Shown here: in pieces, positions 27,894 to 36,363 of the stretch
How the letters are laid out: each line of letters begins with the position of its first letter
Position numbering within the stretch: position 1 is the first letter of the stretch
From: a virus
Direction: 5' to 3' (one strand)
DNA: 64,000 nucleotides
IMG/VR virus record: IMGVR_UViG_3300045988_059857
Coordinates: 4,514-68,513 of that record
Made by a program: the position numbers and the translations under genes
Notes under the pieces: model-generated
The model's database searches: none
What the model was told of the DNA's origin: nothing
What the model saw: the letters and a program-made list of their open reading frames with translations, nothing else

Positions 27894-27924
27894 CCCCACC
27901 ATTCGTGAGAATCGTGGGGTTTTT
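27894..27924 (+). terminator. intrinsic terminator with GTGA tetraloop
   Basis: Sequence ccccac-c-attc-gtga-gaat-c-gtgggg followed by ttttt. Confidence 0.7.
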
Positions 27925-27949
27925 AATTTGAACATTTAAACTATACAAT

Positions 27950-28066
27950 ATGAGATATAAAGCAAGCAGTTGTCACGATTGTCTCTTCTTGACCATGTGT
28001 GACAATCCGAAACGTAACCCAGATGGTGGCTACCGATGTAGCCACTATGAATGGAAGTATCAATAA
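27950..28066 (+). CDS. small Cys-rich protein (38 aa), tentative
   Basis: My translation is MRYKASSCHDCLFLTMCDNPKRNPDGGYRCSHYEWKYQ. It is not in the supplied track. Confidence 0.35.
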   Translation: MRYKASSCHDCLFLTMCDNPKRNPDGGYRCSHYEWKYQ

Positions 28067-28087
28067 CAACTTAAATACATAAAAGAT

Positions 28088-28783
28088 ATGGGTAATTTAG
28101 ATTATTACAACAAACTCAAAGTCGTTCCTCAACAGGCACTCAGACAAATTCAGTCAGGAAGACTTAGAGGAAAACACGACATCAACCCAATGTGGCGCAT
28201 CAAGGCTATGACAGAGCAGTTTGGTGTGTGCGGAATCGGTTGGAAGTACGTAATCACCAAGCAGTGGACAGAGACTTTCGGAAGTGAGGTAAAAGCCTAT
28301 TGCAACATCGACCTCTTTATCAAGGTGAACGGAGAATGGTCAGATGCCATCCAAGGAACAGGAGGTTCGTCAGAAGTATCAATGGAAAGCAAGGGTGCAT
28401 ACGTATCTGATGAATGCTACAAGATGGCACTCACAGATGCCTTGTCGGTTGCAATGAAGGCACTTGGTGTAGCAGCAGACGTTTATTTCGAGGCAGGAAA
28501 GGACATCATAGACATTGATAGTAAGTATGGTGCTCAGGATAGTAGAGCAGCGCAGCAGCAGACACAGACTCAGCATCCAACCGCTCAGACAGCACAAGCC
28601 GCCCAGCAGCCAGCAACACCCCAGTATCACACCAATGACTTGAACGAAGGATTGGCATACCTTAGCAGATGTGTCAACAAGGATAATCTGGTATGGGTTG
28701 TTCAGACATACAAGCCGCTCACCGCCAGCCCTCAGTTCATGCAAGCAGTATCAGCTAAGAAGAAAGAATTAGGATTACAATAA
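28088..28783 (+). CDS. Rad52/Sak-like single-strand annealing protein
   Basis: The segments GKHDINPMWRIKAMTEQFGVCGIGWKY and ECYKMALTDALSVAMKALGVAADVY match the Rad52-family pattern as I recall it. The C-terminal tail is Gln-rich. Confidence 0.65.
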   Translation: MGNLDYYNKLKVVPQQALRQIQSGRLRGKHDINPMWRIKAMTEQFGVCGIGWKYVITKQWTETFGSEVKAYCNIDLFIKVNGEWSDAIQGTGGSSEVSMESKGAYVSDECYKMALTDALSVAMKALGVAADVYFEAGKDIIDIDSKYGAQDSRAAQQQTQTQHPTAQTAQAAQQPATPQYHTNDLNEGLAYLSRCVNKDNLVWVVQTYKPLTASPQFMQAVSAKKKELGLQ

Positions 28784-28784
28784 T

Positions 28785-29708
28785 ATGACAGCAGAAACAA
28801 AGAAAATAACCCTGAATGTGCCAAAGGTCACATTCATTGAGGAGTCTCATCAGTACTTCATTGGCAAGAAGGAACTGAAAGGTGTAACTGGAACGCTCAT
28901 CAAGAAAGCATTCCCCGACACCTACAAGAACATTCCTGAATCGGTATTGATGAAGGCAGCAGAGCGAGGAGGTCTTATCCACAATACGTTTGAAACCTTC
29001 TGTTCCATCTTCGATGCAGACCTCAAACAATACCCGAACCCTACGGAAGAGCTTCTTGCCTTCCATAGTATGTTAGTCGCATACGATTTACACTATGTAG
29101 CATCCGAGTATCTTGTTACAGATGGCGAGAACTTCGCTTCTGCCATTGATGGAATCTTTGCCGACAAGGAAGGAAACATCTATCTGGTAGATTACAAGAC
29201 CACAGCCACCCTCCACTACGACAATGTATCGCTCCAACTTTCCATCTATGCCAAATGGTTCGAGGAGCAAAATCCAGACTTGAAGGTGAAGGAGATTGTT
29301 TGTATGTGGTTCAAGAACGGACAGAGCAAATTCCAGCCACTACCTAGGGTAGCTGATTACCAGATTGACGATTTAATCAACGCTTATCTCGCTGATGATA
29401 CCGACTATCAATATAAGGTAGAGGTTCCTGAGCAGTTTTCAGCACTAGAGCAGGAGTACAGACTAGTTTCCGCTCGTATGGATGCCCTAAAGATTAAGCA
29501 GGATGATTTGAAGGAGCAGATGATGAAGATGATGGAAGCCAACAAACAGAAATCCATCAAGACCAATATCGGTTCTTACTCTTATGTTGATAGCACCACT
29601 AAGAGAACGCTCGACATGAAACTCTTCAAAGAGAAATATCCAAATGCTTACGAGAAATTAACAAAAGTCAGTATCTCCAAGCCGTCAATAAGAATCAAAC
29701 TTAATTAA
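28785..29708 (+). CDS. PD-(D/E)xK (RecB/Cas4/YqaJ-like) recombination exonuclease
   Basis: The motif is AIDGIFADKEGNIYLVDYKTTATLHYDNVSLQLSIY. It is adjacent to the annealase and SSB genes. Confidence 0.65.
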   Translation: MTAETKKITLNVPKVTFIEESHQYFIGKKELKGVTGTLIKKAFPDTYKNIPESVLMKAAERGGLIHNTFETFCSIFDADLKQYPNPTEELLAFHSMLVAYDLHYVASEYLVTDGENFASAIDGIFADKEGNIYLVDYKTTATLHYDNVSLQLSIYAKWFEEQNPDLKVKEIVCMWFKNGQSKFQPLPRVADYQIDDLINAYLADDTDYQYKVEVPEQFSALEQEYRLVSARMDALKIKQDDLKEQMMKMMEANKQKSIKTNIGSYSYVDSTTKRTLDMKLFKEKYPNAYEKLTKVSISKPSIRIKLN

Positions 29709-29716
29709 GTAACAAT

Positions 29717-30196
29717 ATGAATGTAAAGTTTACAGGCAAGATTATTGCAGCAGGGCAAGTTCAAATGGGAACTTCCCAAAACGGAACCCAATGGAGTTCC
29801 CAAGAGTATGTTATTGAGGAACTGAATCAGCAGTACCCTTCAAGAGCCGTTATCCAAGTTTACGGTTCTGACAAGATTCAGCAGTTCGGCATTCAGATTG
29901 GTGAAATCATCACCGCAAACATCGGATTGAAGGCACATCAGTCTAGAGACGGACGTTGGTTCAACCAGTTGGACTGCTGGAAGGTGGAGCGACCAAATGC
30001 CCAGCAGCAGGGTCAGATGATGCAGAGCCAAATAGGTCAGGTTCCTCAGCAGCAAGCAGCCAACTATCCACCGCAGCCAGCACCTATTCAGCAGCAGATG
30101 CAGACTTTTCCTCCTCAGGTTAATGCAAGCGGTCAACCTATTCAGCAAAATGCTCAATATGCAGGTGGTCAGCAGAAAAGTGGTCTCCCATTCTAA
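29717..30196 (+). CDS. DUF3127-type single-stranded DNA-binding protein
   Basis: The OB-like N-terminus is KFTGKIIAAGQVQMGTSQNGTQWSSQEYVIEE...SRDGRWFNQLDCWKVE. A Gln/Pro-rich linker follows, and the C-terminal tip SGLPF resembles the SSB IPF tip. Confidence 0.7.
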   Translation: MNVKFTGKIIAAGQVQMGTSQNGTQWSSQEYVIEELNQQYPSRAVIQVYGSDKIQQFGIQIGEIITANIGLKAHQSRDGRWFNQLDCWKVERPNAQQQGQMMQSQIGQVPQQQAANYPPQPAPIQQQMQTFPPQVNASGQPIQQNAQYAGGQQKSGLPF

Positions 30197-30213
30197 ACAT
30201 TAATATATAAGGT

Positions 30214-30651
30214 ATGGAAATCCATCTAGTAAGAACCTCCACTGGTCTTCGCCCATACACGGATGATGATTACGAGGAAATGAAAAAGATAAAGGTTGGT
30301 TCCATCGTCAAGGCGAATATCGTCCGACCACGCAACGTAAAGTTCCATCGTAAGTTCTTCGCCCTTATCAGAGCAGCATGGGATAGTCTCACAGAGCAGC
30401 AGCGCATCAATCTCCGCTCAATAGACACATTCCGTGAGCAGCTTCTGATAACATCAGGATTCAGCGAACCGCTCTACGACCTCAACGGACAGAAGTTCCT
30501 AGAAAGAGCCAAGTCTATCTCCTTCGCCAAGATGGATGAGCCAGCCTTCAATGAAGTATATAGTAGATGTCTTGATACCATCCTAACCATTCTCATGGCT
30601 AATGGTATTACAGAAGACGAGTTTAATAACATTTTACAAAATTATAGTTAG
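30214..30651 (+). CDS. hypothetical protein
   Basis: ORF of 145 aa. Confidence 0.7.
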   Translation: MEIHLVRTSTGLRPYTDDDYEEMKKIKVGSIVKANIVRPRNVKFHRKFFALIRAAWDSLTEQQRINLRSIDTFREQLLITSGFSEPLYDLNGQKFLERAKSISFAKMDEPAFNEVYSRCLDTILTILMANGITEDEFNNILQNYS

Positions 30652-30652
30652 T

Positions 30653-31429
30653 ATGACACGTAGAAACGACAAGCGCAACAACAGACGTAACCGTCAGCGC
30701 AACAACAACCCAGAGTTACCAGAGTTTGCATCAATGCTTTTCGGAGCACTCCTTGGCAAAGGAGTAGATATGATTGCCAAGAAGATGGCAGAGAATGCCG
30801 AGGAAGAGACTCCTGATATTCATGCAGAAGGCATCAGTAATCAGGACGTTACCAACATCAATAACGGAAAGGCGAGTCTCACCAAATGCACTATCCCGAC
30901 GGATGGTACTGCCGTAGAACTTCCTATTCCAGACAACCTTCAAGTCTTCATCAGCGAGGATGGCAAGCCGATGATTCGCAAGAAGATTGAAGGAGAAGAG
31001 AAGAAGACTCCTGATGATAAGGAAGGCAAGCCTATCACTTATGATGATATTTGCAAGGATTTGTTCTATAACAAGGATGCGTACTACCTTAATGAAAGTA
31101 ACAAGGTTTCATCATGGGTAATGACTTCTTCAAATTACAACGACTTCGACAACTGCACATCTATTGCTCAGGCAAAGCGCATGATTGCATTTAACAAGTT
31201 GCAGAATATTGCCAAGTATATCAATTCCAAATTAGATTGGGAACCAAATTTCGATGATGAAACAGAATCCAAATACGTTATCGTAAAGAAAGGTTCGGGA
31301 TATACGGTTAAATATGTAACGAGCACTAATACTGCACAGATATATTTTTTATCATCTGACCATGCCAACGAAGCCATTCGCCTGATGGGTGAAGATTCTC
31401 TCAACGACCTTTTCTCAACAGACTGGTAA
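30653..31429 (+). CDS. hypothetical protein with Arg/Asn-rich N-terminus
   Basis: I take the ATG at 30653, just after the upstream stop codon, as the start. The protein begins MTRRNDKRNNRRNRQRNNN. Confidence 0.7.
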   Translation: MTRRNDKRNNRRNRQRNNNPELPEFASMLFGALLGKGVDMIAKKMAENAEEETPDIHAEGISNQDVTNINNGKASLTKCTIPTDGTAVELPIPDNLQVFISEDGKPMIRKKIEGEEKKTPDDKEGKPITYDDICKDLFYNKDAYYLNESNKVSSWVMTSSNYNDFDNCTSIAQAKRMIAFNKLQNIAKYINSKLDWEPNFDDETESKYVIVKKGSGYTVKYVTSTNTAQIYFLSSDHANEAIRLMGEDSLNDLFSTDW

Positions 31430-31848
31430 TGGCAAGCTACGCTGAAATCAAGGCAAAGCTACAGCAGGAAGGCAAGAAGATACGCAAGCGTTCATCTTAT
31501 GATGAGCACAACTTGCAAGCCGCAGAGGTCAGGTATATCCGTGGGGTATATCCTGACCTTGAAGGTGTCTTCTTTGCCGTTCCTAACGGTGGCAAGCGAA
31601 CTTCTCAACAAGCCGCATGGCTCAAAGAAGAAGGCATGAAGGCAGGAGTATCTGATATGCTGCTCCTGAAGCGCACCTCTCAGTACGGTTTCCTCTGCAT
31701 AGAAAACAAGACACCCAAAGGACAGCAGGAACCCGAACAGAAGGTATTCCAATACGAAGTAGAACGACATGGTGGCAAGTACATCATCGTCCGCTCTATA
31801 GATGAGTTTATGAAAGCAATCGACAATTATTTAAATGGTGAACTATGA
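31429..31848 (+). CDS. VRR-NUC domain nuclease
   Basis: The pattern is FFAVPNGGKRTSQQAAWLKEEGMKAGVSDMLLLKRTSQYGFLCIENKTPKGQQEPEQKVF. Confidence 0.7.
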   Translation: MASYAEIKAKLQQEGKKIRKRSSYDEHNLQAAEVRYIRGVYPDLEGVFFAVPNGGKRTSQQAAWLKEEGMKAGVSDMLLLKRTSQYGFLCIENKTPKGQQEPEQKVFQYEVERHGGKYIIVRSIDEFMKAIDNYLNGEL

Positions 31849-32381
31849 CAGATGAAATCAAACAAGCCATCCAGCTTCTAGAAGAGAATGGCTACAAGGT
31901 AACCGCTCCACCAAAGCAAGTCAAAGACGAATATACCTTTGAACGAGCATGGAACCTTTACGAAAAGAAGGTTGGCTGCAAAGCCAAACTCGAAAAGAAG
32001 TGGAACTCTATGAGCCAGAAAGACCGCAAGGCAGCTATAGAGTATATTCCTCTCTATGTAATATCCCAACCCGACAAGCAGTACAGAAAGAACTTCCAAA
32101 CCTTCCTTAACCAGCGAGGATGGGAAGACGAACTTATCGGAGCAACACCACCGCCAGCAGCCATAAATGAAAAGCCTTCTGAAATGAGTCAGCTCATCGC
32201 TAGAACAAAAGCCGAATTGCAGAATCTTACAGAAGAAGCACAGGACAATAAACTTCGCAAGCGAATATGCGGAATGATTGAAGTCCTAAAGAACGACCCA
32301 CAAAGTTCATGTAGAATCCCATTGGAGATATATCGTGACAACGGAACAATGGAACATTTGGGCATCCAGTGGAATCCGTAA
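31845..32381 (+). CDS. hypothetical protein
   Basis: ORF of 178 aa whose start overlaps the upstream stop (ATGA). Confidence 0.7.
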   Translation: MTDEIKQAIQLLEENGYKVTAPPKQVKDEYTFERAWNLYEKKVGCKAKLEKKWNSMSQKDRKAAIEYIPLYVISQPDKQYRKNFQTFLNQRGWEDELIGATPPPAAINEKPSEMSQLIARTKAELQNLTEEAQDNKLRKRICGMIEVLKNDPQSSCRIPLEIYRDNGTMEHLGIQWNP

Positions 32382-32404
32382 CATCTACGAAACCGTTTAC
32401 CACA

Positions 32405-33163
32405 ATGATACAAATTAGTAAGTACAACAAGCAGCATCCCCTCAGAGTCTTTGAAGCATTCGCTGGGTATGGCAGCCAGAGCCTAGCCTTCAAATACCTC
32501 AAAGAAAAGCATCCTGAGTTCGACTTCAAGGTAGTGGGCTACTCCGAGATTGAACCTTCCGCCATCCAAGCCTATAGACTTCTTCATGGCAGAGAAATCC
32601 CAAACTACGGAAACATCGCCCTTCTTGATTGGAATGAGGTTCCCGACTTCGATTTCATCAGTTGGTCTTCTCCTTGCCAAGACTTTTCAAACGCAGGACT
32701 TCGCAAGGGAGCAGAGGAAGGTAGCGGCACACGTTCTTCTCTTATTTTCCAAGAAAGGAGAATGTTGGAAGCCAAGCATCCTAAATATGTGATGCTCGAA
32801 AACGTGAAAGGTCTTCTATCAAAGTCAATGAGAAAGTACTTCTTCCAATATCTGAAAGACCTCGACTACTTCGGTTACACCTCCTTCTACAAGGTTCTGA
32901 ATGCCAAAGATTACGGAATCCCTCAAAATCGTGAGCGCATCTTTGTCATTTCCATCCTACGCACAGAAGACGAACCGAACCCTGAGTATCACTTCCCTTC
33001 GCCTATCAAGTTAGAAACTACGGTTGAGGACATCTTAGAAGACGATGTATCTCCCGAATATTTCATGTCTCAGCCACTCCTAGAAAAGTATCTCTGTAAA
33101 GCAGACATCAATGAATCAATCGAAAAACTCTACCCCGAAGATTTCAATACCGAAAACGGCTGA
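32405..33163 (+). CDS. C5-cytosine DNA methyltransferase, N-terminal part (motifs I-VIII)
   Basis: Motifs seen are FEAFAGYGS (I), SSPCQDFSNAG (IV), LENVKGL (VI) and QNRERIF (VIII). The ORF ends at a TGA inside the variable region. Confidence 0.85.
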   Translation: MIQISKYNKQHPLRVFEAFAGYGSQSLAFKYLKEKHPEFDFKVVGYSEIEPSAIQAYRLLHGREIPNYGNIALLDWNEVPDFDFISWSSPCQDFSNAGLRKGAEEGSGTRSSLIFQERRMLEAKHPKYVMLENVKGLLSKSMRKYFFQYLKDLDYFGYTSFYKVLNAKDYGIPQNRERIFVISILRTEDEPNPEYHFPSPIKLETTVEDILEDDVSPEYFMSQPLLEKYLCKADINESIEKLYPEDFNTENG

Positions 33164-33433
33164 TGGCTGCTCTGTTGCAGTCACCTCCAATTTTTCTATG
33201 ACCAGCGTAATGAATATGCTAGATACTGGTCATTATCCTAAGGGTGGAGTCTTAATCATCAAGAAATTATAATGTGCGACAAAATTATAAAGCTGGCAAA
33301 CCTCCAAACCAAAGGCAGAATAGAGCAGCAGACCAGAGTCTACTCCACCAAGGGAATCTCTCCTACTCTCAATTCAGCCATGGGTCACGGAGGTAACTGC
33401 ATCCCACTATTCTTAATCGTAAAGGAGATATGA
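33111..33433 (+). pseudogene. two 53-codon ORFs carrying TRD-like segments of the fragmented C5-MTase
   Basis: 33111-33272 (frame +1 relative to the N-terminal part) encodes ...DGCSVAVTSNFS...GGVLIIKKL. 33272-33433 encodes KLANLQTKGRIEQQTRVYSTKGISPTLNSAMGHGGN. The junctions are TAATG and ATGA overlaps. Confidence 0.5.
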
Positions 33434-33882
33434 TAACTGGAGGAAAGAGAATGAAATCCCTGCTCCTATCAGGGAAGGTGAAGCCTGATATGGGGGGGCA
33501 AGTCTTAGACTTATATAATCAGCAAGTATATCAAGGCATCGCCCCTACCATGCTAACCACAATAGATTCATCATCAATGACATTCGTAACAACCATGAGT
33601 AAAGAAATCATTCACACTGCTCCCAACGGAAAGAAATACTCCATCCAAATCAGGAAGTACACTCCAAGAGATTGTTTCCGACTGATGGGAGTCCACGAAG
33701 CTGACATAGACAAACTCCTGAGCAAGGAGAAGACTGGTCAACTTATCATCTGCAAGAGCAAACTCTATGCCCTCGCAGGAAACTCAATAGTAACCAACTG
33801 CCTGACCGCCATGTTCGAGGAACTGATATTCCCTTCTGGGAATCACTACCATGACAAGACTGGTCAGCTATCCCTCTTCTAA
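33430..33882 (+). CDS. C5-cytosine DNA methyltransferase, C-terminal part (second TRD-like segment, motifs IX-X)
   Basis: Segments seen are VYQGIAPTMLTT, RKYTPRDCFRLMGV (IX) and LAGNSIVTNCL (X). A G7 tract lies at 33492-33498. Confidence 0.75.
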   Translation: MITGGKRMKSLLLSGKVKPDMGGQVLDLYNQQVYQGIAPTMLTTIDSSSMTFVTTMSKEIIHTAPNGKKYSIQIRKYTPRDCFRLMGVHEADIDKLLSKEKTGQLIICKSKLYALAGNSIVTNCLTAMFEELIFPSGNHYHDKTGQLSLF

Positions 33883-33883
33883 C

Positions 33884-34138
33884 ATGAACATATTCGGCTA
33901 TATCAAGGTAGACAAGCGAGTAAGCAAAGCCCACCGCCTTCTCTTTGAAGGCAAGACCCTTATCATGTGGTACAAAGAGAAACCTATCATCGGAACCATG
34001 ATAGGTGGAAAATGGTGCTGCATGGACATAAACGGAAATAAGGAAATTCTTATGTATCAGTCTTTAGTCACCCAAGTTTCATTCTTACCTTCACCTCATG
34101 AAGACAGAGAAAGAAAAAATCCTAGCCATCATCGCTGA
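33884..34138 (+). CDS. hypothetical protein
   Basis: The first ATG after the MTase stop codon begins MNIFGYIKVDKRV. Confidence 0.55.
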   Translation: MNIFGYIKVDKRVSKAHRLLFEGKTLIMWYKEKPIIGTMIGGKWCCMDINGNKEILMYQSLVTQVSFLPSPHEDRERKNPSHHR

Positions 34139-34313
34139 GATTCAGGCTGAGCGTGAAGCTGCTCACATCGTGCCGCCCCACGTCCTCACAGCCGAAATCA
34201 TCAACAGAGGATGCCATCAGCCTTATCAAGCCATCAATGAATTATGCGCAGAAGGCAAGGTAAACTGGTGCAGAACCCTCAACGATATGGCATTCACTAT
34301 CAGAAAACAATAA
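34098..34313 (+). CDS. hypothetical small protein (possible winged-helix)
   Basis: ORF of 71 aa. Confidence 0.55.
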   Translation: MKTEKEKILAIIAEIQAEREAAHIVPPHVLTAEIINRGCHQPYQAINELCAEGKVNWCRTLNDMAFTIRKQ

Positions 34314-34326
34314 ATTCAAAAACAAT

Positions 34327-34932
34327 ATGGAAACAACACCATTAACACAACAACTGCTAAAGCAGTTTATGACCAAGGCATACGATAATGCCAAAGTCAA
34401 AGGCTTGTTAAAGCCTGATTTGGACATCAACCAAGAGTTAATGCTCATCATCACAGAAATGAGCGAAACCATCCAAGCTCAACGCCACAGCCGTAACGGA
34501 AGCATTGAAGACTACAACAAGTGGCTGGGAGTATCTGAGGAGCAAGCCTACGAGGAATCCTTGGAAGGAACCGTACAATCTGAGTTTGCAGACATCGCCA
34601 TCCGCATCATGTCGCTTTTGGGATTCTATAACTCTCAGAAGATAATCTGTCTGATGAATGATATTGAACTCAAAAAGACAGAGGAGTATCACAAGGTTGA
34701 GTTCGAGCACGGAACCTACTCCCTTCCTGATGCCATGTACCTCATCATCACTCGCATGACCTACTTCCCTTTCTCCTGCTCGCCAGCATGGATGAACACC
34801 TTGCGATTGCAGGATATTCTTGTTCAGGTCTTCGCCCTAGCACACATAGAAGGCATAGACCTAGTTGAACACATTAAGTTGAAAATGCAGTATAACGAAT
34901 CCCGTCCGTACCTTCACGGATGCTTATATTAG
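34327..34932 (+). CDS. MazG-like nucleoside triphosphate pyrophosphohydrolase
   Basis: Segments seen are ELMLIITEMSETIQAQR, QSEFADIAIRIMSLLGF and IDLVEHIKLKMQYNESRP. Confidence 0.55.
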   Translation: METTPLTQQLLKQFMTKAYDNAKVKGLLKPDLDINQELMLIITEMSETIQAQRHSRNGSIEDYNKWLGVSEEQAYEESLEGTVQSEFADIAIRIMSLLGFYNSQKIICLMNDIELKKTEEYHKVEFEHGTYSLPDAMYLIITRMTYFPFSCSPAWMNTLRLQDILVQVFALAHIEGIDLVEHIKLKMQYNESRPYLHGCLY

Positions 34933-34944
34933 GAGGACAGTAAT

Positions 34945-35145
34945 ATGTTTGGAATAGAAGAAATATCAAGAAGATGCTTAATGACGTTGAGTGATGGTAG
35001 CAAAATCCAAGCTACCATCACCATCCCAAAGCCCACCAAGCCCATCTTCCCTGAGCAGATGGAACGTCAGTTTATAGAGAATTTCAATAATTCGCAACCT
35101 CATCTAGCAAACAAGGTTGTTAAGTGTCACATCATGAGAAATTAA
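34945..35145 (+). CDS. hypothetical small protein
   Basis: ORF of 66 aa. AGGAGG lies at 34931-34936. Confidence 0.6.
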   Translation: MFGIEEISRRCLMTLSDGSKIQATITIPKPTKPIFPEQMERQFIENFNNSQPHLANKVVKCHIMRN

Positions 35146-35150
35146 AGCGT

Positions 35151-35519
35151 ATGATAGACGATAAGAAAATTGATATTGCAGCAAAGACAGAAGTACTTAG
35201 TAAACATGCCAATGAAGCTGCATATTTTCAGCTTAGAAGTATTGGAGATTTCAAAGAAGGTGCTAACTGGGCTATCCACGAGTTTCTAAAGGACTTGTGG
35301 CATCCTGCTAACAAAAAACCTCTACTACGAAATGGAAAATGCTTAGTAGTATACAATAGTGGCAAAGTTGATATATTTAGTATATCTTTTGTTTATGAAA
35401 TGCTTTCCAATTATGGTAAAGATGGTATGGACTGGAAATACTGGGCTTATGTCTCCGATTTGTTTCCAAAGGAAGCAGTTGAGCAGGATGGTTGCATATT
35501 TAAAGAAGTTAAGGAGTGA
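35151..35519 (+). CDS. hypothetical protein
   Basis: I use the first ATG. The track start at 35124 is a GTG that overlaps the upstream gene. Confidence 0.6.
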   Translation: MIDDKKIDIAAKTEVLSKHANEAAYFQLRSIGDFKEGANWAIHEFLKDLWHPANKKPLLRNGKCLVVYNSGKVDIFSISFVYEMLSNYGKDGMDWKYWAYVSDLFPKEAVEQDGCIFKEVKE

Positions 35520-35524
35520 AACGT

Positions 35525-35647
35525 ATGAGCTACGAATCAAGAAGAAAATGTAGAACAAGACAGATTACACCTTGCGGAATTTGTCCTTTGATGTTTAAAT
35601 GTCCTTATGATGAAGACAAGGAAAAGTTTAACAATATTAAAAAGTAA
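35525..35647 (+). CDS. small Cys-rich protein (40 aa), tentative
   Basis: AAGGAG at 35511-35516 precedes the ATG. My translation is MSYESRRKCRTRQITPCGICPLMFKCPYDEDKEKFNNIKK. Confidence 0.45.
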   Translation: MSYESRRKCRTRQITPCGICPLMFKCPYDEDKEKFNNIKK

Positions 35648-35652
35648 AGCGT

Positions 35653-36012
35653 ATGGCGCAGAAATATATAGTTGGTGATATTGTTATGTATAAAAACAGA
35701 ATACATACAATCATAGATACACTTGGACTAAATAATTATGAATTATCTTATGTAAGACATCCTGTAAATCAAGCAGAATTGTCAGGTGGTCCTCTTACCC
35801 CTGAGATTCTAGAAAAGAATGGGTGGAAGAACGATAAAGGAGATTATATAAACGATAGCTATCATCTACATCTATGTGGAAAGTATGATGAATATTCTGT
35901 TTACAGAGTTGTAAACGATAATAATGTAGTTTGGTTAACATGCGTTAGAAATGTATCAGATTTACAGCACCTTTTCTTTGGTCTAGGACTTAACTCAGAA
36001 ATGGAGGTGTAG
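35653..36012 (+). CDS. hypothetical protein
   Basis: ORF of 119 aa. Confidence 0.65.
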   Translation: MAQKYIVGDIVMYKNRIHTIIDTLGLNNYELSYVRHPVNQAELSGGPLTPEILEKNGWKNDKGDYINDSYHLHLCGKYDEYSVYRVVNDNNVVWLTCVRNVSDLQHLFFGLGLNSEMEV

Positions 36013-36173
36013 GTATGAGTGTAGCAACACAAGTAAACCACCATTGTCCTTTCTAGGAAGAAAATGCTACGAATGTGGTTATTGGAATCATAGAGGAAAT
36101 GAGTGTGAGATAATATCTCATAAAGACAGAAAGATTTGATGTTTAACCGCCTTCGGGCATAAATAGAAGTAAT

Positions 36174-36317
36174 ATGAAACATATTAAGTTTACAATAGAT
36201 ATAACATTGCCACCAGATGAAAAGTTTCTTACTAAGGAAGATTTCATGGCGGCAGTATATACTTGTTATGGAAACATTAAAGATGTTCTTCCTTTAGCAA
36301 TAGTAAAGATTGATTAA
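36174..36317 (+). CDS. hypothetical small protein (47 aa), tentative
   Basis: My translation is MKHIKFTIDITLPPDEKFLTKEDFMAAVYTCYGNIKDVLPLAIVKID. It is followed by a 9-bp-stem hairpin at 36324-36349. Confidence 0.4.
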   Translation: MKHIKFTIDITLPPDEKFLTKEDFMAAVYTCYGNIKDVLPLAIVKID

Positions 36318-36363
36318 CTAACCACCCTCTCCTGTAAAAGGGAGAGGGTAAAAAGAAGAGAAT

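Noticed and set aside
33164-33271. A self-splicing intron or intein interrupting the stand-alone C5-MTase.
   Set aside because: The gap between coding pieces is about 100 nt, and the pieces lie in different frames with overlapping stop/start codons. That is too short for a group I or II intron, and the protein-level continuity needed for an intein is absent.
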